A stretch of 64,000 bases of DNA from Candidatus Bathyarchaeota archaeon (GCA_963811105.1 CAWEPZ010000011.1:576001-640000), one strand, 5' to 3'; shown: positions 25,194-39,041, counted from the first letter of the stretch. The notes: generated from the sequence alone by a model not told the origin. A program made the numbers and translations.

Positions 25194-25288
25194 TGTTAAG
25201 CGGGTTTGGCTGCTAATATAAAATAAGGTTCTCTCTCCTCGGGCCTTTTTCCTTATCTATATTAGCGCAAGGCTAAATCCGCTTAACA
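25194..25288. other. 95-nt long imperfect hairpin (MITE or structured RNA)
   Basis: TGTTAAGCGGgTTTgGC/GCTAAATCCGCTTAACA, GCTAATATA/TATATTAGC and ATAAGG/CCTTAT nested stems. Confidence 0.6.
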
Positions 25289-25711
25289 CTATTTTTTAGT
25301 GCATTTAAATAACGAGAGATGTTCAGGTATGGAAGTGTACGCTTCTTGAAGAATCCTGACAATAAGTTCTAATCAATTGGTCGGATACTTGAGGTAGATT
25401 TTGACGAGAAAACCTTCACCTTAATTTATGAAAACAATAATAAACTCATCTTGACCGAAGTGAAAGGTCCAAAAGTTGGAAAAATCCAAAATCTATCTGT
25501 AAAATATCGTTGACCTATGAGAACAGAAGCATCTTCGATTTTCTTAGCATCGAATAACATTGAACAATAGTTTTCAGAGGTTCGGGAAACTGAAAGACTT
25601 TTTTAAGCTCTTAAATTAGTGTGATTGTGAAAAGCCAACAACAAAACGCTATATTAAGAGTAATATTCCTGAGAATCAGCACAAATACGGTTTTAGGAGG
25701 TGTAACAAATT

Positions 25712-25909
25712 ATGACAGAGCAACATATAGACGTTAAGGAGCAGATAGAGAAAATGGGCGAGAAGTGGGATGAATTCCAGAAATCTTGGGTTAGCCACTT
25801 CAAAGACCTTGATTTTGAAGTGTTAGAGTGGAATTTTGGTGTTGGAAAAAACGAAAAGGAATACATCATTGATATGAAAGCCAAGGTCGCAGTAAGACAA
25901 AAGATATAA
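25712..25909 (+). CDS. Hypothetical protein (65 aa)
   Basis: Strong RBS AGGAGGTG before ATG. Confidence 0.65.
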   Translation: MTEQHIDVKEQIEKMGEKWDEFQKSWVSHFKDLDFEVLEWNFGVGKNEKEYIIDMKAKVAVRQKI

Positions 25910-26496
25910 AAAATCCTTAACGCGTGAGGGTGTAAGCGAGACATCCTTTTTCGCTAAGCCCTTTGCCGCTTGATAATCCTTTTTTCCTTTTTGATTTGTA
26001 CTATATAACAATTTTCCTAAAGCGCTTTGTTACAGTAAGTAAACAGGCACATATCGATCGTTAAGTATCGTGACAAATAACTTATCCATTTTAGGGTTGT
26101 TGGTAAAAAGATAAGTTGAATTCATTAAGAGAAATAATCGAAGTAATGTTCAATGAGATGAAAGCTGTTCTAATAGAATACGTTCATGGCTGCAGCGAAG
26201 GGGCAACTTCTGGATAAGTGTGATTATGTTAACTATTCTTCTTGCTTTGCCTATAGACAAGGCTTACGAATTCACCTCTAAATTGTTAGGCCTTCAAACA
26301 AATCTGAAGATGTTAGATGAAAGCAACCTTGAAGAAACATCTAAACTAAGTTGGAACTGCTTAAAATGACCCTCGCCTAAATCATTTGCAACTAGTTAAA
26401 ACCAGATTTAGCAAAGCTTATAAGAATCTTGAACACATATCTTGGTTTTGCGAAGTTTTTTTTAGATTCGCGATAAAATGAAAGGAAAGAAGAAAA

Positions 26497-29079
26497 TTGT
26501 TCATATCAAGAGAAAAGGCTAAGACAACAATTGCAATTGTTTTAATTCTATTGATGGCTTCTGTTTCATTATTATCAATGCCAACCCTGGCTCAAGAAGA
26601 ACATGGGGGAACATCTGGTACTTTAACAGGTGGACCTTTACCCGCCGGCGTTACTGCTAATGTGACAGTTCCTGACGTAGCCCGAATGAGCATCGGACCA
26701 AATCCGGTGGGACTTGGTCAGCCCATCACTGTTAATATTTGGACTTCACCAGCTCCAGGAGCTAGCCGAGCTCGCATAGGATACACGGTTACAATCACAA
26801 AACCAGATAAAACCAAAGAAGTCATCGGCCCAATAAATTCTTATGTTGCAGATGGAACGAGCTGGTTTACGTACGTTGTCGGCCAAGTTGGCACTTGGTC
26901 GCTCAAGTTTGACGCACCAGGAGATTATTACCCAGCAGGCCGGTACCTTAATGGAGTGCTTACGACGAACGGATCAGGTACACTCTATGACTCAGCCTAC
27001 TACATACCTTGTTCAACGCCAGAACAAACGCTTATCGTACAGCAGGATATGGTGGCTTCTTGGCCTACATCACCGCTTCCAACCGACTACTGGACAAGAC
27101 CCGTAATTGCCAACTTCAGAGAATGGAGCTCAATTATGGGAGATTACCCGTGGTATGGTCCTGGAGGAGGCGCTAACTGGCCAGCTGACACTAACCCATA
27201 CTCCAGCAGCCGATATAGCTTCATTCCCTACGTCCAAGGGCCAACCAGTGCCCACATAGTATGGCGCCGATTAGGCATCATTTCAGGCATCATCGGAGGA
27301 GACGTTGGGCGAGAATCCATCGGTGGCACGGGAGGTGGCATTCAAACCCTTCCGAATCCCGGAACTCCAACAATTGTCTATAATGGAAGATGCTACCAGA
27401 CCATAACGAAACAGCTACCTGTACTAGTCAATGGTACTTACTACAATCAGCCAACAAGCGTATGGGAGTGCTACGACCTGCGCACAGGACAAGTATTCTG
27501 GGACATTCAAGGTGTTACGGCCCCTTCAGTCATTGAAACAACTGAGGGTAATAAAGCAGTTCTCGGCGGCGAAGCTCAAGCAACGACAACTGTAGCTCTA
27601 TTGTCGTTAAGTGGCAATAGGATGATAAAGTATAATCCATTTACCGGAGCTGTGACCACGAACGTTACAATTGATCCATTGACATCAGCCACTTATTATA
27701 AGAACGGATACGCCTTAAGCGTGCAAACAATTAACGCTACAACTGGCCAATATCGTTTGATCGACTGGAGTACAACAGGAACCTCAACCAATTTCACTAC
27801 AAGAATAGCGAGCAACATAACTTGGCCGTGGAATAGCATACCTACTACTATCGATTTCAATGTGGGCATAGCTGCATTAGTAACTGGCATCACTCAATCG
27901 AATGCACGTGTTTCAATAAATGTGCAGGGTGCCAGCCTGACAACAGGACAGCTGCTTTGGAATAGTACAGTTAAGGACGAGTGGCAATACAGCGGATCAT
28001 GTCAAGTTGCTGACCATGGAAAAGTCGCCGTCTTGTCATCAACCGGTCATTGGTTGGCCTGGGATCTATATACTGGGAATTTAGCGTGGACGGGTCAGGA
28101 GATGGATTATCCTTGGGGAGCATCCGCCTTCGGAGCTTACGCAGTGCAGTCAGCCTATGGCATGTTCTATTGGGAAGCCTATGACGGCATTTACGCCTAC
28201 AATTGGACAAACGGAAAAATAGTTTGGCACTTTGAGTCCCCAACTGCTTACCCTTATGACAGTAACTACTACGATAACGGTACCGCGCAGAATCCCTTCG
28301 ATGAAGGCGCCATGGTTGCTGGTGGAATGATCTATTCATACAATAATGAGCACTCTGCCATTAGCCCAATCGCAAGAGGGTGGAAGATATTCTGCGTCAA
28401 CGCTACTACAGGCGTGGGCATATGGAACGTGACAACACCTGGAAATTGTGGTCCTATCTCTGATGGCTATATGGTTGCCGATAGTTTCTACGACGGATAT
28501 ATGTACGTTTTCGGCAAGGGAAGAAGCGAAACAAGCATAGCGGCACCGCTGACAGCTATAACGAAAGGGCAGAGCTGCGTGATAACAGGTACCGTCACCG
28601 ATCACTCTCCAGGCGACCTAGGCAGCTTCGCGAACCCAACCGCCCGAACGGACAGGCCAAGTATGATCCCGTGCGTGTCTCACGAGTCAATGCAAACATA
28701 CATGGACTACTTGTACATGCAGATACCGATCCCCTCAGGGTACACGGTAACCGGAGTCCCAGTGTCGATTGATGCTATTGACCCTAACGGCAACTTTGTG
28801 CACGTCGCAGATGTTACGAGTGATGTTAGCGGCACTTTCAGTTACTTGTGGAAGCCCGACATGGTAGGCAAGTACTCGGTTACTGCCACTTTCGCAGGAG
28901 ACGGCTCCTACAGCAGCTCATTCGCGGAAACAGCAGTTGGCGTAACCGACCTTCCAGCATCACTTCCACCAGTTGAGATACCTGCACAAGTAGACAATAC
29001 GATGCTGCTCTACGGCTTGATGGTGCTGGTAGTCATTGCCATCCTCATCGGAATAGTTGCTCTATTACGAAAAAGATGA
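26497..29079 (+). CDS. Secreted PQQ-like beta-propeller protein (paralog 2)
   Basis: Same motif set as 9822-12518; TM+RKR. Confidence 0.8.
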   Translation: MFISREKAKTTIAIVLILLMASVSLLSMPTLAQEEHGGTSGTLTGGPLPAGVTANVTVPDVARMSIGPNPVGLGQPITVNIWTSPAPGASRARIGYTVTITKPDKTKEVIGPINSYVADGTSWFTYVVGQVGTWSLKFDAPGDYYPAGRYLNGVLTTNGSGTLYDSAYYIPCSTPEQTLIVQQDMVASWPTSPLPTDYWTRPVIANFREWSSIMGDYPWYGPGGGANWPADTNPYSSSRYSFIPYVQGPTSAHIVWRRLGIISGIIGGDVGRESIGGTGGGIQTLPNPGTPTIVYNGRCYQTITKQLPVLVNGTYYNQPTSVWECYDLRTGQVFWDIQGVTAPSVIETTEGNKAVLGGEAQATTTVALLSLSGNRMIKYNPFTGAVTTNVTIDPLTSATYYKNGYALSVQTINATTGQYRLIDWSTTGTSTNFTTRIASNITWPWNSIPTTIDFNVGIAALVTGITQSNARVSINVQGASLTTGQLLWNSTVKDEWQYSGSCQVADHGKVAVLSSTGHWLAWDLYTGNLAWTGQEMDYPWGASAFGAYAVQSAYGMFYWEAYDGIYAYNWTNGKIVWHFESPTAYPYDSNYYDNGTAQNPFDEGAMVAGGMIYSYNNEHSAISPIARGWKIFCVNATTGVGIWNVTTPGNCGPISDGYMVADSFYDGYMYVFGKGRSETSIAAPLTAITKGQSCVITGTVTDHSPGDLGSFANPTARTDRPSMIPCVSHESMQTYMDYLYMQIPIPSGYTVTGVPVSIDAIDPNGNFVHVADVTSDVSGTFSYLWKPDMVGKYSVTATFAGDGSYSSSFAETAVGVTDLPASLPPVEIPAQVDNTMLLYGLMVLVVIAILIGIVALLRKR

Positions 29080-29438
29080 TCGGCGCAAAACACAGCTATT
29101 ACCAATCTCCACTTTTTTGGGAACCCCCTTTTCAGCTTTCTCTCAGTATTTTTGTGGGGCTAGACTTTTTGGGAATGATTGATTTTTACGTATCTGAGTA
29201 GATTAGCATTATGGCAATAACGAAAATTCTTATTGCTCCGCGTTATATCCTGACGCGCGTTAGACTGCTTAACTCTTCTTTGTTTTTCTTGATTCTTTGT
29301 GTTTTTCGAGGATTTCGTTTATTTGACTGTTAATGAAGTGCTCTGCGCTGCGGAAGGGCGTGTCCATTTTCTTCATGACTTGCTCGAGTTCTTCTTACTA
29401 TTCGCGGGGATTTATAGGCATTTGTTGTCGATTTTGAG

Positions 29439-29568
29439 TCAGGTTGGTTTGAGCCGTATGGCGTAGTGTACGAATTCTTCTTTGGTGGGTATAGCCCATT
29501 TGTTTGTTTCTTCGATAAAATTCTGAGTTTGAGCCAGCTGTTCAGGCGTAGCAATTCTTTACTTTCAT
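29439..29568 (-). pseudogene. Degenerate ribbon-helix-helix-like regulator relic
   Basis: Frameshifted MKV...PEQLAQTQNFIEE...TKEEFVHYAIRLK. Confidence 0.4.
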
Positions 29569-29693
29569 CTACCTCTCCACTGCTCAAATGAGTAGTTTGT
29601 TCGCTTTCTTTTTATGCAGTCTGAACCATAAGCGGGAGTTTACGTGAATGTCTATGTTTGATGACACACGAATTCCGTGGAGACTTAGCTGAG

Positions 29694-29780
29694 TTAGGTA
29701 AGACTGTTCCTTCTTGCCGTATGGCTTTGGAGTCAGAGATTCACAGGTGAAGGGGTTTTGGAAATTCTTTGCCAAACGAG
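29694..29780 (+). pseudogene. Truncated paralog of the 39042 'GKTVPS' gene
   Basis: 29563-29780 aligns by eye with 38913-39128; start TTG>TTA, TGG>TGA. Confidence 0.7.
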
Positions 29781-29858
29781 GGCGGCAGAAACCTGTTGTA
29801 CCTGATATTGTTTTTGTCGTGGTCGCAAAGAGTGATCTTGAATGGAAAGGATAGTGAG

Positions 29859-32060
<2,202 letters not shown>

Positions 32061-32263
32061 TTATTTTGGATTAGGACCAATTTAAAGGTTAAGTTTCAGT
32101 ATGATACGTCGTTTGAGAACGTAGTGTTGAGGAAAAGATTGGTCGACTGAAATATCATGAGGTTTTAACCAAAAAGGTCTTTGCGCAAAATGAGGGCTTG
32201 CTCGATGAGCTTCGCTGGATTCGGCGTCGATTGGAGCGGATTGGAGAGGCTGAGTATTCTGTG

Positions 32264-32584
32264 GGTGACGTTGAGTGGTTTTGCGGTTCTTGATGAGGTT
32301 GATCGGAAGATTGTGCAGATGATTAGGGAAGCTGGAATTCCGGGTGTTTTGCCAAAGGTTGTGGCTGCTGACGTCAACCTGCGAGGCAACTTTGAGTTAA
32401 GATATTATGATATGAGTTTGGCGGATTTTGCGCATGAATAAGCGCTTGCACTTTGAAACTGGGAAATGTTTGTTTGAGAAGCGTGGGCATTCGTGGGCTT
32501 TGACTATGTTTGCTTTTGAGTCTTATGATAAGCCAATTCAGCCGAAGAATGAAGTTTCTGCTCTGGATCTGAAGAGGTTTTAGT
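32264..32584 (+). pseudogene. Winged-helix-like protein relic, frameshifted
   Basis: LDEVDRKIVQMIREAG.PGVLPK... continues in another frame as RRILRMNKRLHFETGKCLFEKRGHSWALT. Confidence 0.5.
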
Positions 32585-32822
32585 GAATAAAAAAGAAAAT
32601 TTCTAAGATTTATTGGGTGTTGGATGCTAAAGCTTTGGCTCAATTACTTGGGTACAAAGACTGCAGTACAGAGCCGTCAATGTTTTTGACTGCTTGGAAG
32701 ATCCCTTGCTATAAGTTGCATTAGGAAAAGTTCGCTGATGGCATAGTCGTTGTAAGCGTGGAGCCGGGAGTTCCCAAGCTTGAGGAGTGTGTTGATGACG
32801 AGGAGGGGGGGTTAGTTCGGGT

Positions 32823-33011
32823 TTGACTAAGCGTGAGAAGCAAATTTTTGCGCTTAAAAAAGGTGATATGTCGGATTATGAGATTGCCCGAAAGCTAAGG
32901 GTTGATGCTGGGAATATTACTCGATCAAGGTTAACTGCCTTGTGCAAGATTGAGTGGGCTCAGGTTGATTTGGAATTTGCTCTCCAGGTAGGCGCGAAGA
33001 TTAAATTTTAA
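32823..33011 (+). CDS. Small HTH DNA-binding protein (Tfx/LuxR-like)
   Basis: LTKREKQIF.LKK...SDYEIARKL.VD..NITR. Confidence 0.6.
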   Translation: MTKREKQIFALKKGDMSDYEIARKLRVDAGNITRSRLTALCKIEWAQVDLEFALQVGAKIKF

Positions 33012-33169
33012 TTCAACCAACCTTTCCCGCTTTCTTTATACTTACTTTTTTAAATACACCCTTAACACGACACTTCACAACGCGCAAAGAGAAAACATGA
33101 AGGGATAGTTGTTTTCCTCGTTTCCTAAAGTGAAGCCAAAAAAACATAGAGCTTTTGGTCAAGTAAATA

Positions 33170-34717
33170 TTAGTTTTTGGGGTTCTGTTTAAAGCCACGA
33201 TTGAAGTAATAGATCATAACTGCAATTACAGCAGCTAACAACATTATGATGACTCCTCCAATAATCAGCGTCGTCTGAGTAAATTCCAGATTAGCGTTTG
33301 GCTGTGTTTGACCAAGATTGAGAATAATCAAGTGTGTGCTGTGATGATACGTAAGGTGGACAATGTAAGAATCCTGCTGAGATGTAACATTGTAGTTTAG
33401 TTGTTTTCCGTCAAGGTACACTTTTAGCATCGAAATATCGTCGATAAGGGATTTTGCAATGTGTGCATCAATGTATCCTGTTGTGCCTTGAGAACCAGTT
33501 ACTGAGAAGCTTAGTTCGTGGCTTGTGGAATTGAAAGACAAGTTCGATACGGTCGAGTTTGATGATACTGAGAAAACGTCTTGAGCATTTTGAACAGTTA
33601 ATGGCATTACTACAAGATTAACTACACTACTGGTACCAGAGTGAGTAGAGTCTCCTTGAAAAGTAGCGTTTATCAGATAATTTCCAGTGACTGAAGGCAA
33701 CCATTCGGCTAAGAAACTTCCGTCTGAACCTGTGTTCACGAGTGTGAGGTCTTGCCAAGAATTTCCACCTGTAACGCTGTAGGAAATTAAGATGGGAGCT
33801 CCTGACATCGCTGCTTCGTTAGCAGATAAATTACCCTTGATTTCGACTTTGAAATCAGTGTAGGAGGTAGAACTTACACATGAAAGAGCGAGGATTGAGG
33901 TGTACAAAGGTGCTGTGGAAGATGAGAAAGTTGTTGCTGACTGGTAGTAAACTCTTCCTTTACCGTATTCATGTGTGAATGCGAACACTAAGCCGTCAGT
34001 CCATCGCGCTATTACTGTTGAGTCGTTACTCACTGAAGTTAACGCGTAACAACTGTAAGCGTCGATATGGTAAAGCTGATTTTGAGTTTGAAGTGAAGTC
34101 CCAAATGGGTTGTTTACTGCAAGATTGGCGCTTCCGCCTGAATTTGCAAATTGAGAACTGCCAAACCAATCCTGCAAAGAAGACAAATTCTCCCCGCCAC
34201 TTTGGTAAGGCCACATATCTTTGCAATAGGTTGAGAAGTAGCAGGGTATGCCGCCGATGATAACGACGTTTCCTCCGTTGGAGAGGTAGTTTCTTACAAG
34301 TTGGTTATGTTTGGGTTCAACAGCAAACCAAGCCTCAAAAATAACAAGGCCGAAGTTTGAAAGATCATTTGGGACATCGCCAGTGCAAGTAACGTTGAAT
34401 CCTTGCTGCTCTAATGTTTTGACGGTCCCAATCTTTATTGCTGAAAGGTATTCTTCACCCCAGTAAGGCCCCCAACTGGCTCCATCTGTGAAGTGATGAG
34501 CATTATAGTTATCTAACCAGTTAATGTACAGAACTGAGGTGCCGTTCTGAGCAGCCCATTTTGCTCCACTGCCAAAAAGTTGTTCGCTAGGAGTTTGTTG
34601 AGGTGCTTGTTGAGATACAGCAGTCTGCATTAAAGCTTGCCCAACAACAACACAAATTAGCAGTATTATAAATGCGAAGATCTGAAAGTTGCAAAGTCGC
34701 ATCTTTGAGGACACCAA
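33170..34717 (-). CDS. Secreted protein: GATase-like N-domain + Ig-like + conserved archaeal C-terminal domain + TM
   Basis: YLSNGGNVV, YGKGRVYY; C-terminal SNSTVSNLSFNSTS.ELSF.VTG..GTTGY...YHHSTH shared with 46129 and 58509 genes. Confidence 0.75.
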   Translation of the reverse strand: MVSSKMRLCNFQIFAFIILLICVVVGQALMQTAVSQQAPQQTPSEQLFGSGAKWAAQNGTSVLYINWLDNYNAHHFTDGASWGPYWGEEYLSAIKIGTVKTLEQQGFNVTCTGDVPNDLSNFGLVIFEAWFAVEPKHNQLVRNYLSNGGNVVIIGGIPCYFSTYCKDMWPYQSGGENLSSLQDWFGSSQFANSGGSANLAVNNPFGTSLQTQNQLYHIDAYSCYALTSVSNDSTVIARWTDGLVFAFTHEYGKGRVYYQSATTFSSSTAPLYTSILALSCVSSTSYTDFKVEIKGNLSANEAAMSGAPILISYSVTGGNSWQDLTLVNTGSDGSFLAEWLPSVTGNYLINATFQGDSTHSGTSSVVNLVVMPLTVQNAQDVFSVSSNSTVSNLSFNSTSHELSFSVTGSQGTTGYIDAHIAKSLIDDISMLKVYLDGKQLNYNVTSQQDSYIVHLTYHHSTHLIILNLGQTQPNANLEFTQTTLIIGGVIIMLLAAVIAVMIYYFNRGFKQNPKN

Positions 34718-34771
34718 GGGTAGTTATGCCTCTAAGGCTGCTTAAGTTTAGGTTGCGTCAAAAAGGTTCCT

Positions 34772-34811
34772 GTCAACATTTCTTGACTGACCCAAGTCAA
34801 GTTTTCTTGAC
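34772..34811. repeat. Class-A double-box site (perfect)
   Basis: GTCAA catttc TTGAC tgacccaa GTCAA gttttc TTGAC. Confidence 0.85.
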
Positions 34812-35011
34812 TAACTCGCTTTATCACAGTCTGCTTGATTGTGTTTTTCGAACACTATTTTTTCCTTAGTCTCTTAGATACTTAGCAAAATAGAATTCCT
34901 CTTCAATAGTCAAAGTATCAATATTTTGCCTGTTACCATACCTAATTCGTGCAACGTTGATGTTCGGTCAAAAAGCTCCGTTACCTGATTTCTTCCGAGA
35001 CTAAAATTAAC

Positions 35012-35044
35012 GCAAATATTTCTAAATTTCTTAGAAATATTTGC
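35012..35044. repeat. Perfect 14-bp inverted repeat, 5-nt spacer
   Basis: GCAAATATTTCTAA atttc TTAGAAATATTTGC. Confidence 0.75.
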
Positions 35045-35659
35045 ATGTGAGGACGCATAAAAAAGTGGCCAAAACATCAAAAAAACGTGATGTGACAGAC
35101 GTTTGCAAGTCTTTGGGATTAGAAAAAAGCCATCGAAGTATTACAGTTGTGATTGCAAGAAGAAGTTAACAGCTCGCGTGGCAAAAAATTCCGAAAAAAC
35201 AGAAAAGAAGCAGAAGTTGTTCTGCAAGATACAGAGGCTTGCTAAAATATCATAAGGACATTATTAATTAGCTAGCGACAAAATGTCTGCTAAATTCTTC
35301 TGCACGAAATACTAACAAGTTGAACAGGATGACAGACTGACAGGCAGACATTAGCCACTGACGCGGGTGCGTGGAAGAGTAGGAGTAAGTGGGTAATTGA
35401 GTTCAAGAAATAGAGAAAGATTAAATTTTAATCCAACCAACCAATTTTCATATAGAAATGCTCAAAAAAAATAATTTGGCATTGGAAAGCCCATAGAGAT
35501 AAAGAATTGCCAAAAGCTTTTAACTGGACAAGCTAATTTGTGGCCATTAGGCATGTGGAACCAAATGTTGTTGTAAAATAAATATTGCAATTTGGATGGT
35601 ACTTAATTGTCAAAATAAACAAAGAAAAAAGGAAAGTGAATTTTTGTATTTGCTTTTTC

Positions 35660-38272
35660 TTATGGTCGCTTTCTAAGAATCCTAATTATTGCCAAGCCAA
35701 CTATAGCTATTGCAATGATTATAGCGACTGCAGCAAGAACTACATAGGTCATTAAGTCTGATGTTGTAACTACAGCTGAAGGCGTAGTTAGCATTGCTGT
35801 TGGTGTTGGTGCTGTGCTTACGGCTATTCCTGTTGCTGCTGATGAGCTGCCATATGAGTCGTCTCCTGCGAATGAAGCGGTGATGGTGTATGTGTCCTCT
35901 TTTGGCGGAGTCCATTTGTAAGTGAAAGTACCGTAGTACCCATTCGTCGTGACAGAGCCTATGTTGGTTACGGTTCCATCTGACCCTATTGCGGTTAGGG
36001 TGACTTGGACTCCAGTAATGGTGGCGTTGTGAGAGATTCCGTCAATGGGAAGTTGCATGTATAGATATTCCATTTGCGTTTCCATTGAGGTGTCAGAAAC
36101 GCAGGGTACAGTGCCTGGTTTGGTTGGTGAATTAAGCGGTGCTGTTGGATTTGTTACGCTTCCTTGGTCACCTGGCGACGTGTCCATAACTGTTCCGCGA
36201 ATGGTGACTGCAGTGCCTAGTGGCACCGCGGTATCGGGGGCTGTCACTGTTGTTGTACTTTGTCCTTTGCCGAAGAAGTACATGTATCCGTCATAACCGT
36301 TAGTCGCCTCGAGGTAACCGTCGGCGATTGAGCCTGGATTCATAGGACCTGTGATGTTCCATATGTTTGTGCCTGTTGTTATGTTGATGCAGAATATCTT
36401 CCAGCCTCTTGTTATGGGTGAGCTAGGTGAATGTTCAGTGTTATATGCGTAGAGCTTTCCATCTGCAATGATGCTAACACCGGTAAACCATGGATAGTTG
36501 CCTTCATAGGGGGTTTCATATGCAAACAGCGCTGGAGCTTTGAAAATCCAGACTAATTTTCCGTTGGTCCAGTTGTAAGCAGCGACTCCATCGTATTGAT
36601 TTGAAATTATCATGCCGCCATATGATTGTACACCGTAGCATCCGAAAGTGCCCCATGGCCAGCTTGACAATTCACTTGTCCATAGCGTTGCTCCAGTTTG
36701 AAGATCCCAGCAATGCCAATGACCATCGTTCAAACGTACAGCGTATTTTCCTTGATCAGCGACTGCCGTGCTGCCACTGAAAGCACCTTGAGTACCTACG
36801 GTTGAGTCGGTGGTGATATTCCAGAGCACTTGACCTGTTGTTACGCTAGCAGCCATAATGCGCTGACCATATGCCACTCCTGCACCAGTGGGAGTTATTC
36901 CTGAAGTACTAACAGCTATACCAGATTCATAATCAACGGTTCCCAATGAACTGAATGGAAAACTTATGTTGCCTGCCACAGCTAACGCATAATTAGCGAA
37001 ATTTAAGCCTGAAACGCTTCCGAGAATAGTCCAGTTAATCAAGCGGTAATTTGGATTTGAAGTAGTGCCTATGCTCTGTACGCTCAAGAAGTAAGGATCC
37101 ATATAGAAAGTGCCAGTTGTCAAAGGAGCAATTGAAACATTCACCGTTGGAGCGCCAGTGTAAGGATCATATCTTATGTACCTTCCACCGCCTACGTAAA
37201 CAAGTTCTGCCAAATTGCCCCGAACTACCGATTCCGAACCAGGTACGTTTGCTTGTTGCTGCAATTTATACGTGATAAATGTAGGTACCTGAACACCCGT
37301 CTTTTCCCAGTATATTTGCCCGGTCTGTAAATCATAGCATTGCCAAACGCTTTGAGTTTGCCCATCAATAACTTTTGTGACAGTCTGATAGCATCTTCCG
37401 TCATAGATTATGTTTGGATCAGTTCCTGAAACTGGTTGGTAGGTTTGTCCCCAAACGCCTCCTACAATGCCTCCGATTGCGTCTTGACGCCTCCATAGAA
37501 TGTGAGCACTGGTTGGTCCTTGGACATATGGAGTGAAGAGATAGTTGCTCATGTAGGTGTTTGTGTCTGCTGGCCAACCTGGTCCTCCTCCGACTATGCC
37601 AGTGGCTGGATAGTTACCAAGTATTGGCCACCATTCTCTGTTCTCTGGGGAAACTGGTCTTGTCCAGTAGTCCGTTGGAAGAGGTGAACCTGGCCAAGAT
37701 GCTACTAAATCTTGTTGCACTACGAAAGTGTAGGGTCCATCAGAGCTGGGCTTGTAGTAAACTGATTTAGAAAAGCTTGTGGTGGTAGTTTGGGAGGCTG
37801 TTCCTGACAGGTCACTTACTGTGTTACTGTAGTTGCCTGGGGGGAAGTAGGTGCCAAGGAAGTCAAATTTTACTGTCCAATTGCCAAGTTGATCGACTGT
37901 GTATTCGAACCATGCTGATGTATCTCCATGGAATGAATCTAAAGGACCGACAGTTGATGTTGTTCCATCTGGCTTTGTAAAAGTTACTAAGAATGCTGCT
38001 TTGTAGTATCGGACGACGTTTATTGGCGGTTGCATCCACAAATTAATTAGCAAAGGTTGGCCGAGACCAATTGGATTTGGTCTGAAACTCAAATGTGCGA
38101 CGGTCGTATATGATTCGTCAGGGGTAACGTTTGCCGGTACTGCTATTGAACCGCTATCTTGCATATTTGTATACTGACCGTTGGCTGGCATTTCCATGAG
38201 CATCGTGGAAGTCATTAATAGAATTGCAACGATTGCCAAAGCTATTTTCCGTTTACTAAAAGTATTTTTCAA
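35660..38272 (-). CDS. Secreted PQQ-like beta-propeller protein (paralog 3)
   Basis: Same motif set; GAGGAG RBS; TM+RKRP. Confidence 0.8.
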   Translation of the reverse strand: MKNTFSKRKIALAIVAILLMTSTMLMEMPANGQYTNMQDSGSIAVPANVTPDESYTTVAHLSFRPNPIGLGQPLLINLWMQPPINVVRYYKAAFLVTFTKPDGTTSTVGPLDSFHGDTSAWFEYTVDQLGNWTVKFDFLGTYFPPGNYSNTVSDLSGTASQTTTTSFSKSVYYKPSSDGPYTFVVQQDLVASWPGSPLPTDYWTRPVSPENREWWPILGNYPATGIVGGGPGWPADTNTYMSNYLFTPYVQGPTSAHILWRRQDAIGGIVGGVWGQTYQPVSGTDPNIIYDGRCYQTVTKVIDGQTQSVWQCYDLQTGQIYWEKTGVQVPTFITYKLQQQANVPGSESVVRGNLAELVYVGGGRYIRYDPYTGAPTVNVSIAPLTTGTFYMDPYFLSVQSIGTTSNPNYRLINWTILGSVSGLNFANYALAVAGNISFPFSSLGTVDYESGIAVSTSGITPTGAGVAYGQRIMAASVTTGQVLWNITTDSTVGTQGAFSGSTAVADQGKYAVRLNDGHWHCWDLQTGATLWTSELSSWPWGTFGCYGVQSYGGMIISNQYDGVAAYNWTNGKLVWIFKAPALFAYETPYEGNYPWFTGVSIIADGKLYAYNTEHSPSSPITRGWKIFCINITTGTNIWNITGPMNPGSIADGYLEATNGYDGYMYFFGKGQSTTTVTAPDTAVPLGTAVTIRGTVMDTSPGDQGSVTNPTAPLNSPTKPGTVPCVSDTSMETQMEYLYMQLPIDGISHNATITGVQVTLTAIGSDGTVTNIGSVTTNGYYGTFTYKWTPPKEDTYTITASFAGDDSYGSSSAATGIAVSTAPTPTAMLTTPSAVVTTSDLMTYVVLAAVAIIIAIAIVGLAIIRILRKRP

Positions 38273-38759
38273 GTTTTTTCTCCTCTAGTTTTTTCAAGCG
38301 ATTGCTATTCATTTTTTGGTATTTAACACTTGTCAGTGTACTCCATAGACAGAAAGCTATTAGTCAACTGGAGAAAATCATTCTTACTCGCTAATAGCGG
38401 AGGGTCAAACGAAAGGCAAGATGAGCGCCGCGACAAAGAGAGAGCCGCCCAGAACAGGCTGAAACAGGAAAATCAGCTTCATGCCTATTTTGATATACAA
38501 ACAATTTCTTGTCCTTTTCTGAGAAACATTCCTTGCTGGATATGCAATTGCCAAGAGGGAGCGCTGTACATTTTCTGTATTTGCAGTAAACAGAGCATAG
38601 CTGAAGACTTCTTTTTATGCTCAGTGCGTTAAATATGGTTACATTTTGGACTTTTGGTGTCCATAATTACGGTGGGCGATAGAAGTTTATGGAGGCTGGA
38701 ACAGCAGAAGAGGTAACGATTATGCAAGGAATCAACTAACTTACGTCTCAATCTGAAAA

Positions 38760-38903
38760 CCACTTGTTACGACAAAAGCCAAGGGAATGGGATTAGACTT
38801 TGCCATATGCAAGCGCATCGTTGAGGCACATATGGGAAGTATTTATGTGGAAAGCGAAGTTGGCAAAGGAACAATTATCAAAGTAAAGCTACCGGTCAAA
38901 TAG
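38760..38903 (+). pseudogene. Histidine kinase HATPase_c C-terminal fragment
   Basis: PLVTTKAKGMGLDFAICKRIVEAHMGSIYVESEVGKGT..KVKLP*. Confidence 0.75.
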
Positions 38904-39041
38904 CTATTGCATTTTCATCTACCTATCCACTGCTCAAATGAGTAGTTTGTTCGGTTTCTTTTTAAGCAATCTAAACCATAAGCGGGAGCCTACGTGACTG
39001 GTTATGATGAAGACAACAGATTCTTTGGAGGCTTAGCTGGG

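Noticed and set aside
25194-25288. attC site (ends GTTAAGC / GCTTAAC)
   Set aside because: Core motifs are in the reverse order to attC on both strands and there is no adjacent cassette ORF
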